A DNA stretch of 64,000 bases from Alphaproteobacteria bacterium (GTDB lineage: Bacteria; Pseudomonadota; Alphaproteobacteria; UBA2966), in NCBI GenBank assembly GCA_964291395.2, contig OZ219856.1:512001-576000 (forward strand). Direction: 5' to 3'. A program made the translations under genes and the position numbers. Of this stretch, positions 38,396 to 47,792 are shown in pieces. The notes under the pieces were generated by a model, which did no database searches, was not told the DNA's origin, and was given only the letters and a program-made list of their open reading frames with translations. Each line of letters starts with the position of its first letter. Positions within the stretch are counted from its first letter, which is position 1.

Positions 38396-39268
38396 ATGGG
38401 ACCCGTAAAATACATCAAGGCGACGGTCGATCGTTACGCCCGGCTCGGCCATGACCCCTATCGCTACTTCCACGCTGAGGAAGCGCCGCCGTGGGCGGTG
38501 TTGAGGAAGCCGCTGCCGGACAGCCGTGTCGGCGTCGTCGCGACCGCGGGCGCGTACGTCAAGGGGCAGGTCGCGTTCCATTACAAGGACGACACCTCGT
38601 TCCGGAGAATTCCCAAGGCGGCGCCCTTGGAGGATCTCCGCTTCTCCCACGTCACCGAGCACTATCTGGGCAGCGCCCGCCGGGACCCCAACAGCGTCAT
38701 CCCGCTGGACTCCCTGCGGCGGCTCGAGCGCGAGGGCCTGATCGGTGCGCTCGCGGAAGATCTCTTCTCCTGTATGGGAGGCATCTACTCGCAGCGCAGG
38801 GTGCGCGACGAACTCGCGCCGGCCCTGGCCGAGCAGTTCGCACGGCAAGAAGTGGACGTGGTCCTGCTCGTCCCCATGTGACCGGTCTGTCATCAAACCG
38901 TGAGTTTGATCGCACGCCACCTGGAGAGTTTGGGAACGCCGACGGTATGCATAGGCACCGCGCGCGACATCCTCGCCGCAGGCAACCCTCCGCGCGCCGT
39001 GTTCCTGGACTATCCCCTGGGAAATACCCTCGGTCGGCCTTTCGCGCCCGACGAGCAATACGCTGTCACGCGATCCGCGATCGAGGCGCTGGAAAGAACG
39101 GTCGTGCCGGGAACGATCGAGACGCTGGACCATGTCTGGTCGGACGACGAGAGCTGGAAGGCCGAAGCGGGTAGGACGGACGGTATCGACCGGCGCCAAC
39201 CACGAGATCTGACGCCCCGGTATCAGTTCGAGGAAGACCGTATCGCGGCCGAGGCGCTGCGGGCTTGA
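38396..39268 (+). CDS. selenoprotein, glycine/sarcosine/betaine/D-proline reductase selenoprotein B-like (PrdB/GrdB-like), Sec at 38879-38881
   Basis: ORFs 38276-38881 and 38900-39268 are in the same frame, separated only by TGA: VLLVPM-U-PVCHQTVSLIARHLE; also ATAG, DPNSVIP, PPRAVFLDYPLG. Confidence 0.85.
38884..38918 (+). promoter_or_regulatory. candidate bacterial SECIS hairpin
   Basis: Stem ATCAAAC/GTTTGAT with loop CGTGA starting 17 nt after the UGA, G at loop position 2; lower stem extends with mismatches. Confidence 0.7.
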
Positions 39269-39399
39269 TAGGGCCGGCGGACGGCGGCCATCGTCGCCTT
39301 GCGTTCGATCCCCCGGTCGATCCCGCCGGTCATCCCCTTGCCGCGAAGCGCGCGTTTCCATAACTTGGCTTGGCGCGACTCGATTCTCGGGGACCGGAC

Positions 39400-40239
39400 A
39401 TGTCACAAGCGGCGGAAGCACGGCACGCGGATTCGGTGATGGCCACGCTCAACTTCGTGTCGTCGATCGACCAGTTGCCCGTGGCGCTGGTCAAGGAACC
39501 GGGTCTCGGACCCGACCGGAACACGATCACGACCACGGACCACGAAGTCCTGGTCGAAGACGCCCGGCCCATCGCGGCGGAGCTCGACCTCGATCGGCAG
39601 GGTTTCGCCCTCATGAGCCACCCGACGGCCGTCGAGGACTTCTACGACGACGACGAGGTGCGTGAGGTCTACTACCCGGAGATGGAGGCGCTGGTCGGAA
39701 ACGTGACCGGGGCGGGCAAGGTCGTCGTCTTTGATCACACCATCAGGGTGGATGACCAGGAAAAGCGGGTCCGCCGCAAGGTTCGCGCGCCCGTCGCCGG
39801 CGTCCACAATGACTTCACCACGCGGTCGGCGCCGCAGCGCGTCCGCGACTTGTTGCCCGGGGACGAAGCCGAGGCGCGGCTCCGGAAGCGATTCGCCTCG
39901 ATCAATGTATGGCGTCCCGTCGTCAGCCCCGTGGAGACCAAGCCGCTGGTCGTCTGCGGGTACGAGGGCATTGACGAGGCGGATCTGGTGCCGGCCGAGC
40001 GCCACTATCCCGACGGCCGGGTCGGCGGCGTCTATTACATCGTCCACAATCCGGATCAGCGCTGGTACTACTTCCCGCGCATGGCAGGTGACGAAGTCGT
40101 GCTCCTCAAGTGTTACGACTCGAACACGGACGGCACCGCGCGCTGGACCGCACACGGGACGTTCGACGACCCCGCCAGCGGCCCCGATTCCATCCCGCGC
40201 GAGAGTATCGAGATCCGGACGCTGCTGTTCTTCGACTAG
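39400..40239 (+). CDS. CmcJ/NvfI family oxidoreductase (paralog of 21985-22827)
   Basis: YYPEME, FDHTIR, HNDFT, VWRP, KCYDS, AHGTF, RESIEIR. Confidence 0.85.
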   Translation: MSQAAEARHADSVMATLNFVSSIDQLPVALVKEPGLGPDRNTITTTDHEVLVEDARPIAAELDLDRQGFALMSHPTAVEDFYDDDEVREVYYPEMEALVGNVTGAGKVVVFDHTIRVDDQEKRVRRKVRAPVAGVHNDFTTRSAPQRVRDLLPGDEAEARLRKRFASINVWRPVVSPVETKPLVVCGYEGIDEADLVPAERHYPDGRVGGVYYIVHNPDQRWYYFPRMAGDEVVLLKCYDSNTDGTARWTAHGTFDDPASGPDSIPRESIEIRTLLFFD

Positions 40240-40249
40240 GCCTCCCGCC

Positions 40250-41077
40250 TCAGAACGCGTAGCGCAGGGAAAGCCGGAGCCCGTGACTCGCGAGCCGCGC
40301 CTGCGTCGCGGCGAGATCGAGCACCCTCGGCTCACGGCTCCCGTCGCGCCAGACCACCCGGCCCTCGCCCCGGCCGGTATGGACCGTGCCAAGGTCCGTG
40401 TAACGCCAGGCGAGATCGAGTGTCGTGCGCTCGCCCAGCGCCGCCGCGACCCCTGCCGTCAGCATCCAGGCGAAACCGACCCGGCTGGCGCCCGGGACAA
40501 CGGTTGTCGTCCTCGGAAACGTCATGCGCGTCTCGCCGATCCGGGCGCGGGCGGCGCCGGCGCCGGCGCCGATGAACGGCCCGAAAGGGCCGAACTCCGG
40601 CAGGCCTAGCCCGGGCAGGTCGACGTAGACGGCCAACATGCCGGACAGGGACGACAGATCTGCGGCGACCGATTGTCGGCGCCCGGGCTCCAGGAAATTG
40701 GCGCGTCCCTCAAAGGCGAGGCGCGGCCAGTAATCGATCAGGACCTCGATCCTCGCTGTGGGCGCGGCGGCGTAGCCGAGCCCGACTTGGAACGCGGCCG
40801 CCGTCCCGAAACCGCCGAGCGAACGGTAGGGCTCGCCGTCGCCGCCCCTGCCGCAGCCGTACAGCGCCGCCGGAGAGGTGCTCGAACAGTCTCGGTCCGT
40901 GAACCGTGTGTCGGCCGGACGGTCGAGTCCGGCCCCGGCCCGCAGATAGAGATCGCCGGCGTCCGCGGCCCCAGAGCCCATCAGCACCCCCGTCGCGATC
41001 ACGGCCGCCGCCAGGCGGCGCCGTGCCGCCGTAGCGCGCGGCGGTCCGGCTTGGGGAGGACGTGGTCTGCGTTTCAT
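40250..41077 (-). CDS. outer membrane beta-barrel protein (opacity/OmpA-like)
   Basis: Signal peptide; LYLRAGAG, PFIGAGAG, LDLAWRY, terminal LRYAF. Confidence 0.8.
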   Translation of the reverse strand: MKRRPRPPQAGPPRATAARRRLAAAVIATGVLMGSGAADAGDLYLRAGAGLDRPADTRFTDRDCSSTSPAALYGCGRGGDGEPYRSLGGFGTAAAFQVGLGYAAAPTARIEVLIDYWPRLAFEGRANFLEPGRRQSVAADLSSLSGMLAVYVDLPGLGLPEFGPFGPFIGAGAGAARARIGETRMTFPRTTTVVPGASRVGFAWMLTAGVAAALGERTTLDLAWRYTDLGTVHTGRGEGRVVWRDGSREPRVLDLAATQARLASHGLRLSLRYAF

Positions 41078-41350
41078 AGTCGGACGGGACCCCTTGCGAG
41101 GGACGCTTTCCGGGGTCGGGAACATAACCGATTCGGCGCGGTCCGCAACGGCCGCCGTCCCCGCCCGGCGCCCTGGAAGGAACTCATGGTCGTGTAACGC
41201 CGGATGAAGGAGCACGTTGTGATGCCATGCCAGCCGGCACGGTCGGTCCTTGACGGATTTAGGTGTGTCGTCCTTCGCCGAGCCCGTTCTGCGGTCCTCT
41301 CTTCGGGTGTGCGACGAACCGTCCGGCTCCGGTGTGCGGGAGCGAAGGGC

Positions 41351-42331
41351 TCACAACGGCGTATTCGCGAAATCGGGCTGAAGGTCTATCCAGTCCATGT
41401 AGTCGTCGAACGATTCGTCCAGTCCATACCGGGGGACGAAGCCGGCGTCGGCTTTCAGCCGCGACATGTCCAGGATCCCGCGATCCCTCGGGTTGTTCAG
41501 CTCGATGTTCGAATCGTCCCCGATCCGGTAGGCGAACCCGGGAACGCGTCTGACCAGCCGTTCGCACCAGCTCTCCAGGGTCCAGGACTCCGGTCCGGCC
41601 GAGTTGTAGACCACGCTCTTCGGGTCGTCGGCCTCCAGGAGCGCGACCGCGGAGTCGGCGATATCCCGGCTGTATACCCAATCTCGGAGGCAGGGTCTCG
41701 GCAGCACGGCCTCCTCGCCTCGCACCGCCGCGACCGAGACCTGCAATACCGGCGACAGCGTATCGCGGACACCGGTATTCCGTTCCCACGGACCGAACAC
41801 GTAGCCGGGACGCAAACACACGAGATCAAGGCCGTGCAACGCCCGATGACGCAGGGCGATCCGCTCGCCCGCGTACTTGGTAATCGTGTAGAGCGAATCG
41901 GGAAGCGGCATCGCGCTATCCTCGTGGAGGACCTCGTGCTCGAACGAACTCTCGCCATACACGCCGGACGAGGAGAAGTGGACGATCCGCCCGACACCGG
42001 CCTCGCGGGCGGCATTCATCGCATTGACGGTACCCTTCACGTTGACGTCCACGATCAGATGAGGATCACGCTGCTCCCGCTCGAAACCCGCAGTGATCGC
42101 CGCAGCATGGATCAAGGTATCGCAACCCGACATCGCCCGGGCGACGGCTCCCAAGTCACGGACATCGCCCGTCACGACCTCCACGCGGCCGCCGAATTCC
42201 GCGAGAGCGGCATCTCCCCCCGGCGGCAGCGGTGCCGCGTCGAACGCCACGACGTCGTCGCCTCGAGCGAGCAGCGCCTCGACGACGTTCAGCCCGACGA
42301 ACCCCGTGGCTCCGGTCACGAGAACGCGCAT
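41351..42331 (-). CDS. NAD-dependent epimerase/dehydratase
   Basis: TGATGFVG, HAAA, SSSGVYG, YTITK. Confidence 0.9.
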   Translation of the reverse strand: MRVLVTGATGFVGLNVVEALLARGDDVVAFDAAPLPPGGDAALAEFGGRVEVVTGDVRDLGAVARAMSGCDTLIHAAAITAGFEREQRDPHLIVDVNVKGTVNAMNAAREAGVGRIVHFSSSGVYGESSFEHEVLHEDSAMPLPDSLYTITKYAGERIALRHRALHGLDLVCLRPGYVFGPWERNTGVRDTLSPVLQVSVAAVRGEEAVLPRPCLRDWVYSRDIADSAVALLEADDPKSVVYNSAGPESWTLESWCERLVRRVPGFAYRIGDDSNIELNNPRDRGILDMSRLKADAGFVPRYGLDESFDDYMDWIDLQPDFANTPL

Positions 42332-42396
42332 TGTCCGGCCCCTCTGTCCAAACGTTACGAAATCGATCTCGGGCTTTGGCCCGGGGAACGTCCGGC

Positions 42397-44088
42397 CTAC
42401 CGCTGCGCCCGGTGGGTGAACGCGTCGCGGCGGAAGCTGATCATCGCCTCGGGATCGACTTTGACGTGGACGATCACCGGGCAGTCTGCCTTCACCGCCT
42501 GGCTCATGGCGTCCGCCACGCTTCCCGGCTCCTCGCAGAAGTATCCCTCCGCGCCATAGAGCCTGGCGAACTCGTCGTATCGCGGATTGATGGTATCGCA
42601 ACCGATGTAGCGGCCCTGATAGAAGTCGCGCTGATAGGATTTCTCGGCGCCCCAGCAACCGTTGTCGAAGACGACCGTGACGGTGTTGATCTCCGACTGG
42701 ACGGCGGTCGCGAACTCCGGCAGGACCATGCCGAATCCGCCGTCCCCGTGAAGGGTGACGACGGGGCGGCCGGGCTGCCCGCACTTGGCGCCCAGGCCGC
42801 ACGGGAACCCGAAGCCGACCAGTCCGTAATCCAGGGGTGTCAGCATGCTGGGCGCGCCCTCGTACCGCAGCTTGTCCGTCGCCTGCAAACACATGGTGCC
42901 CGCGTCGAGCGTGTACAGCGCGTCTTCGGGCGCCGACCGGCGCAGCTCCGCGAACACGCGCTCCGGCCGCAGAGGCGTGAGCGTGCTCTCGCCGTCCTCC
43001 TCCCGCGCTTTCCAGAGCGCCTCGAGATCCTCGAGGAACTGCTGGGAGCGCGCCTTCCATGGGACGGAGTCCGACTCCATGTCGCTCAAGCCGTCGGCGA
43101 TGGCTCCGGCAGCGGTCCCCGCATCGCCGATGATCCCGACCTCGATCGGGAAATACTTGCCCAGCGCTGCGGGCTCGATGTCGACCTGGATGATCTTGGC
43201 GTCCTCGTTGATGTCGTTGTAGGTGTAGAACGTGGTATTGAACGCGAGACGCGTGCCGATCGCGAGGATGACGTCGGCCTCCCGCGTCGCGGCGCTGGCG
43301 ATTTCGTTGCCGCGCGGGCCGATCTGGCCGGCGAAGAACGGGTGGCTCGTGGGAACCACGTCGGGGTGCCCCGCCGACGCTGTGACCGGGATCTGCAGCC
43401 GGCTCGACAGGCGGCAGACCTGATCCGCGCCTCTGCCCCATTTCACCCCTGCGCCGGCCAGAATGGCGGGAGCCTTGGCACCGCGCAGGATTTCGCAGGC
43501 CCTGGCGACGGCGTCCGGGTTGCAGGTTCCCGCCGCCGCGCCGATCTCGAAGTCGGGCGCTCTGATGTCGGCCTCGATCTGCGCGGCGAACATGTCCCGC
43601 GGGATGTTCACGGCGACGGGGCCCCGGCGGCCCGAATTGGCGATGCGCAGGGCCTCCTCGATCGCGGCAGGCACCCGGTCGGGGCGAATCACCGTGATGT
43701 TCTTCTTGACCAGGGACGCGAAGAGATTCTGTTGATCGACCTCCTGGAACGCATCCCGGCCGAAGTGATCGGTGGCGACCAGTCCGGTGAGACAAACGAC
43801 GGGCGAGTAGGCGAGCTTGGCCGCGGCCATGCCGGCCACCATGTTGACGGACCCGGGGCCGGCTTGGCCCGCTAGGAAGACGCCGGGTCGGCCCGTGGCA
43901 CGCGCGAACCCGTCCGCCATGTGAACGCCGAAGGCTTCGTGCCGGACGCCCACGTACTTGATGTCGCGGGTGTCGTAGAGGGCGTCGTAGACCTCCATCG
44001 TCGAAGATCCGAGAAGGCCGAACACGTGTGTCACTCCCGCGGCCCGCAGTGTCTCGACGACCGCCGCTCCTCCATTCATCTGGGCCAT
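42397..44088 (-). CDS. ThDP-dependent enzyme (ALS superfamily, Xsc-like)
   Basis: VRHE, ADGFAR, GPG, AFQE, GDGGF...NGCWGAEK. Confidence 0.88.
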   Translation of the reverse strand: MAQMNGGAAVVETLRAAGVTHVFGLLGSSTMEVYDALYDTRDIKYVGVRHEAFGVHMADGFARATGRPGVFLAGQAGPGSVNMVAGMAAAKLAYSPVVCLTGLVATDHFGRDAFQEVDQQNLFASLVKKNITVIRPDRVPAAIEEALRIANSGRRGPVAVNIPRDMFAAQIEADIRAPDFEIGAAAGTCNPDAVARACEILRGAKAPAILAGAGVKWGRGADQVCRLSSRLQIPVTASAGHPDVVPTSHPFFAGQIGPRGNEIASAATREADVILAIGTRLAFNTTFYTYNDINEDAKIIQVDIEPAALGKYFPIEVGIIGDAGTAAGAIADGLSDMESDSVPWKARSQQFLEDLEALWKAREEDGESTLTPLRPERVFAELRRSAPEDALYTLDAGTMCLQATDKLRYEGAPSMLTPLDYGLVGFGFPCGLGAKCGQPGRPVVTLHGDGGFGMVLPEFATAVQSEINTVTVVFDNGCWGAEKSYQRDFYQGRYIGCDTINPRYDEFARLYGAEGYFCEEPGSVADAMSQAVKADCPVIVHVKVDPEAMISFRRDAFTHRAQR

Positions 44089-44294
44089 GTCGCTCCCCGT
44101 TCCGATGTGGATCGATTGGATGGAAACCCGCTCTCGGCACCGAGCGCGCCGCCGGGCTCACGGGCCGGAAGATACACACCCGCATGGCCGGGGAAAAGGG
44201 CTTCGCCCGGCGAACCGCCGCCGCCGTCCCCGCCCTGCTCGAACCGTCGCCGGAGTCGACGTCTTCGGGTTCCCGGAACCAGGCGCCCGCACGA

Positions 44295-44984
44295 TCAGGA
44301 TTCGGATGACCCGGCGGACACGGCTTCAAGTCCGGCATCGCTGACCACCGCTTTCGCATCGAGGAGCGGGGTGAGCTGGTCCCGAACGTGCTTCCACTGA
44401 AAGCGCATGGAATTCCGCAGCGCTTCGACGTCGTACTGTTTCAGTTCATCGGCGACCGGCGCCCAGTGTACCAGCGCGTCCAAGCTGCCCGCGAACGCCG
44501 TCTCGTCCGCTGGCACGTCCGGCCACGAAATCGCGTCCACCCGGGAGGCAAACGCCTTTTCGTCTCCGGCGAATCCCCGGCTGCGCTGCGCCGGCAGTTC
44601 TTCCACGGATATCCCCGCCCGAAAGGCCGTGAGCGCCAGTTCGTCCAGCTTTTCCGAATCGACCCGCGCCCCGCGCCCCACCGCGGCGACCGCGTACACC
44701 GCGAGGTCGGACAGGCAGGCGAGGTAGACCTCCCATTTCGCGGCGTCGACGGACGCCGCGAACACCTCGTCCTCGAACAGCGACACGTAACGGGTCCCGG
44801 CGCGCGCCTTCACGTAACCGAACAGCGTCCTCTGCGACACGTATTTGGACCGGGTCTCGACGAACGTCACCAGATCCGCCGGCGTTTGGATGGGAGGCTC
44901 GCGCCGCCAGAAGTACAGCGCGCGAAGGGCGAGCCAGACGAAGTACACGGCCTCCCTCAGGCCGTCCTTCAGATCCCTCAGCAT
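44295..44984 (-). CDS. conserved hypothetical protein divergent from the DUF4212/symporter operon
   Basis: Protein-like 229-aa ORF (FVETRSKYVSQRTLFGYVKARAGTRY); no function recognised. Confidence 0.7.
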   Translation of the reverse strand: MLRDLKDGLREAVYFVWLALRALYFWRREPPIQTPADLVTFVETRSKYVSQRTLFGYVKARAGTRYVSLFEDEVFAASVDAAKWEVYLACLSDLAVYAVAAVGRGARVDSEKLDELALTAFRAGISVEELPAQRSRGFAGDEKAFASRVDAISWPDVPADETAFAGSLDALVHWAPVADELKQYDVEALRNSMRFQWKHVRDQLTPLLDAKAVVSDAGLEAVSAGSSES

Positions 44985-45210
44985 ATTTGTTTGCGTGCGC
45001 AAGAAAGTGAAGTAACGTAGTCGCGAGAACGATTAGGAGGGGCAGCGCATGTCTGTAGTCTGCGCGACCCGCGTAACCTTGCCATTTTCGGCAGTCGCAC
45101 GAAACGCTCAAGAAAATCGTTCCAAGTCTCGGGGGGACGCGAATAGGCGCGCCGCGCCGTATTCGGGTGTCGTGTACAGGTGAGCAAAAACTCAGTCGGG
45201 AGCTCGTATC

Positions 45211-45477
45211 ATGTCTGATGTGTCGCCCGAAGTGCGCTCGGCGCACTGGGCCAAAACCAAGAATCTAACCATCATCGTCCTCGTCATCTGGTTCATCTTC
45301 TCCTTCGGCGTTCACTGGTTCGCGGACGTATTCAACTCGGTGTCGTTCCTCGGATTCCCGCTCGGCTTCTACATGGCCGCTCAGGGATCGTTGATTGCCT
45401 TCGTCGTGCTGATCTTCTGGTTGGCCAACCGGCAGAACAAGATCGACGAGGAATTCGGCGTGGCCGAAGACGAATAG
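45211..45477 (+). CDS. DUF4212 small membrane partner of the symporter
   Basis: GFPLGFYMAAQGS; two TM segments. Confidence 0.9.
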   Translation: MSDVSPEVRSAHWAKTKNLTIIVLVIWFIFSFGVHWFADVFNSVSFLGFPLGFYMAAQGSLIAFVVLIFWLANRQNKIDEEFGVAEDE

Positions 45478-45504
45478 ACACGGCAGAGCGATTGGAGAGA
45501 AACC

Positions 45505-47316
45505 ATGAAAGGCAACTTCATCGACAATCTGCCGAAGATCTACGGTCTGTATACCGGCGGATTCATCGTCTTCATCCTGCTGATGGCGGTCTTGGAACAG
45601 ATGGGCCTCAGCGCCGAAATCATCGGCATCGTGTTCGTCGCCTTCACCGTGCTCATCTATGCGGCCATCGGCTGGCTGTCCCGGACCATGCAGGTCGACG
45701 CCTACTACGTCGCCGGCCGCCAGGTCCCGTCGGTGTTCAACGGCATGGCGACGGCGGCGGACTGGATGTCCGGCGCCTCCTTCGTTGCCATGGCCGGCGG
45801 CATCTACTTCGGCGGCCACGGCTATCTCGCGTTCGTCGTCGGATGGACGGGCGGATACGTGCTCGTGGCGTCGCTGATGGCGCCGTACCTTCGCAAGTTC
45901 GGGTGCTACACGGTGCCCGACTACATCGGCACCCGGTACGGCGGCAACACCGCCAGACTGTGCGCGGTCATCGTGCTCGTGGTGGCGTCGTTCACCTACG
46001 TGACGGCGCAGATCAACGCGACGGGTACCATCTCGGCTCGCGCGCTGCAGATCCCGTTCGAGGTCGGCGTCTGGTTCGGCCTGCTCGGTATCCTGCTGTG
46101 CTCCATGCTCGGCGGCATGCGGGCGGTCACCTGGACCCAGGTGGCGCAGTACATCGTCCTGATCATCGCGTACCTGGTGCCCGTGATCTGGATGTCCAAC
46201 AAGCAGGGCTTCGGTCTCGTCCCGCAGATCGCATACGGCGACGCCGTCGCCCGCGTCATGGAACTGGAAGTCATCCAGCAGGTCGGCGCGCTGAAACCGA
46301 CGGAGGCCTTCGCGGGTCTCCGGGCCTTGACGGTCGAGCACGTGACGGCAGGCACGGGCCTCGCGAGCTGGAAGTTCGTGACCCTCGCCTTCATGATGAT
46401 GGCCGGTACGGCGTCATTGCCGCACATCCTGATGCGCTATTTCACCACGCCCTCGGTGAGAGAGGCCCGTCAGTCCGTGGCCTGGTCGCTGCTGTTCATC
46501 TTCCTGCTGTATTTCACGGCGCCGGCTCTGGCGACCTTCACGAAGCTCCAGGTCCTCGATCCGAACCTGGCGACCGGCATCATCGGCAAGGCGTTCGCCG
46601 ATGTCGCCGCCCTTGACTGGATCCAGAAATGGAGCAACGTGGGCTTCCTGAAAATCGTCGACAGCAACGGCGACGGGATCCTGCAGATCAACGAATTCTT
46701 CATGCGCGGCGATATCGTCGTGCTGGCGACGCCGGAGATCGCCGGCCTGCCATTCGTGATCTCGGGCCTCGTGGCCGCTGGCGGCATGGCGGCCGCCATG
46801 TCGACGGCCGACGGTCTGTTGCTGGCGATCGCCAATGCCCTCTCGCACGATCTCTACTACAAGATGATCGATCCCACCGCCGACACCAGGAAACGCCTGG
46901 TGGCCGCCCGGGTATTGCTCATCGGGATCGGCGCCGCCGGAGCGCTGGTGGCCAGCCTGAAGCTGACCGGCATCCTGGGCGCCGTGGCATGGGCCTTCAA
47001 CTTCGCGGCATCCGGCCTGTTCTTCCCGCTCGTGCTGGGAATCTGGTGGAAGCGCGCGAACCGGCAGGGCGCCATCGCCGGAATGGCGCTCGGATTCCTC
47101 GCGGGGACCGCGTACCTCATCTACGTGCGCTTCCTCGGCGGGGAACCGTGGATCGGTCTCGATCACCTGAGATTCGGGATCGTCGGCATGGCGGTCAGCC
47201 TGGTGGCCATGGTGGTGGTCACGCGGATGACCGAAGAGCCCGACGAAGAGACCCAGAAAATGGTGGATGACATGCGCGTGCCCAAGGGCGCGACCGTGCT
47301 GGCGTCCGAGCAATAG
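45505..47316 (+). CDS. sodium:solute symporter (VC_2705/ActP-like subfamily)
   Basis: NGMATAADWMSGASF, GGMRAVTWTQVAQY, GTASLPHIL, AAAMSTADG. Confidence 0.92.
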   Translation: MKGNFIDNLPKIYGLYTGGFIVFILLMAVLEQMGLSAEIIGIVFVAFTVLIYAAIGWLSRTMQVDAYYVAGRQVPSVFNGMATAADWMSGASFVAMAGGIYFGGHGYLAFVVGWTGGYVLVASLMAPYLRKFGCYTVPDYIGTRYGGNTARLCAVIVLVVASFTYVTAQINATGTISARALQIPFEVGVWFGLLGILLCSMLGGMRAVTWTQVAQYIVLIIAYLVPVIWMSNKQGFGLVPQIAYGDAVARVMELEVIQQVGALKPTEAFAGLRALTVEHVTAGTGLASWKFVTLAFMMMAGTASLPHILMRYFTTPSVREARQSVAWSLLFIFLLYFTAPALATFTKLQVLDPNLATGIIGKAFADVAALDWIQKWSNVGFLKIVDSNGDGILQINEFFMRGDIVVLATPEIAGLPFVISGLVAAGGMAAAMSTADGLLLAIANALSHDLYYKMIDPTADTRKRLVAARVLLIGIGAAGALVASLKLTGILGAVAWAFNFAASGLFFPLVLGIWWKRANRQGAIAGMALGFLAGTAYLIYVRFLGGEPWIGLDHLRFGIVGMAVSLVAMVVVTRMTEEPDEETQKMVDDMRVPKGATVLASEQ

Positions 47317-47336
47317 AACGCCGGATCATCTCGCTT

Positions 47337-47372
47337 ATCGGGGCGGAGCCTGGCTTCGCCCCGATCCTTTTT
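47337..47372 (+). terminator. rho-independent terminator
   Basis: ATCGGGGCGGAGC-CTG-GCTTCGCCCCGAT followed by CCTTTTT. Confidence 0.75.
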
Positions 47373-47410
47373 CCCGCTCAGGACCGCACATTCGATCATG
47401 GGCCTGATCC

Positions 47411-47758
47411 TTGCTTGAAGCTTTCCCCCTCTGGGTACTCGTCACGGACTACGTCCTCGGTGTCGTCATGTGGACGCTCATCGGCCGAACCGGGATGTCC
47501 CTGTTCCTCCCGGAGGATTCCTCGTTCTTCTTCATGCGATTCTTCGTGAAGGCGACGAACCCCTTGCTCCACCTGTTCGACCCCATAACCCCGGGGTTTC
47601 TCGTACGGGCCCTGGTGCCGCTCTATGTCGCGTGGTTCTTCTTCCTGTTCAGGTTCTATGTGATGCCGTGGCTGCTCGGATACGAGGTCATGGGGATGTT
47701 GTCCTTCCCGCTGGAGGGCGACATCGCCAAGTTCATCTACCAGTTCGGATCGCGGTAA
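47411..47758 (+). CDS. small membrane protein (YggT-like)
   Basis: 115 aa, hydrophobic; FVKATNPLL...ITP. Confidence 0.7.
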   Translation: MLEAFPLWVLVTDYVLGVVMWTLIGRTGMSLFLPEDSSFFFMRFFVKATNPLLHLFDPITPGFLVRALVPLYVAWFFFLFRFYVMPWLLGYEVMGMLSFPLEGDIAKFIYQFGSR

Positions 47759-47792
47759 GACCGGATGTCGGGGGGTCCGACCCCACCCCGGA

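Noticed and set aside
38879-38881. TGA as a nonsense mutation or sequencing error
   Set aside because: It falls exactly at the U of a UxxC motif and is followed by a well-placed hairpin, so recoding is the better explanation.
41258-41320. Possible MITE end (TAGGTGTGTCGTCC)
   Set aside because: No matching inverted partner or target duplication found.
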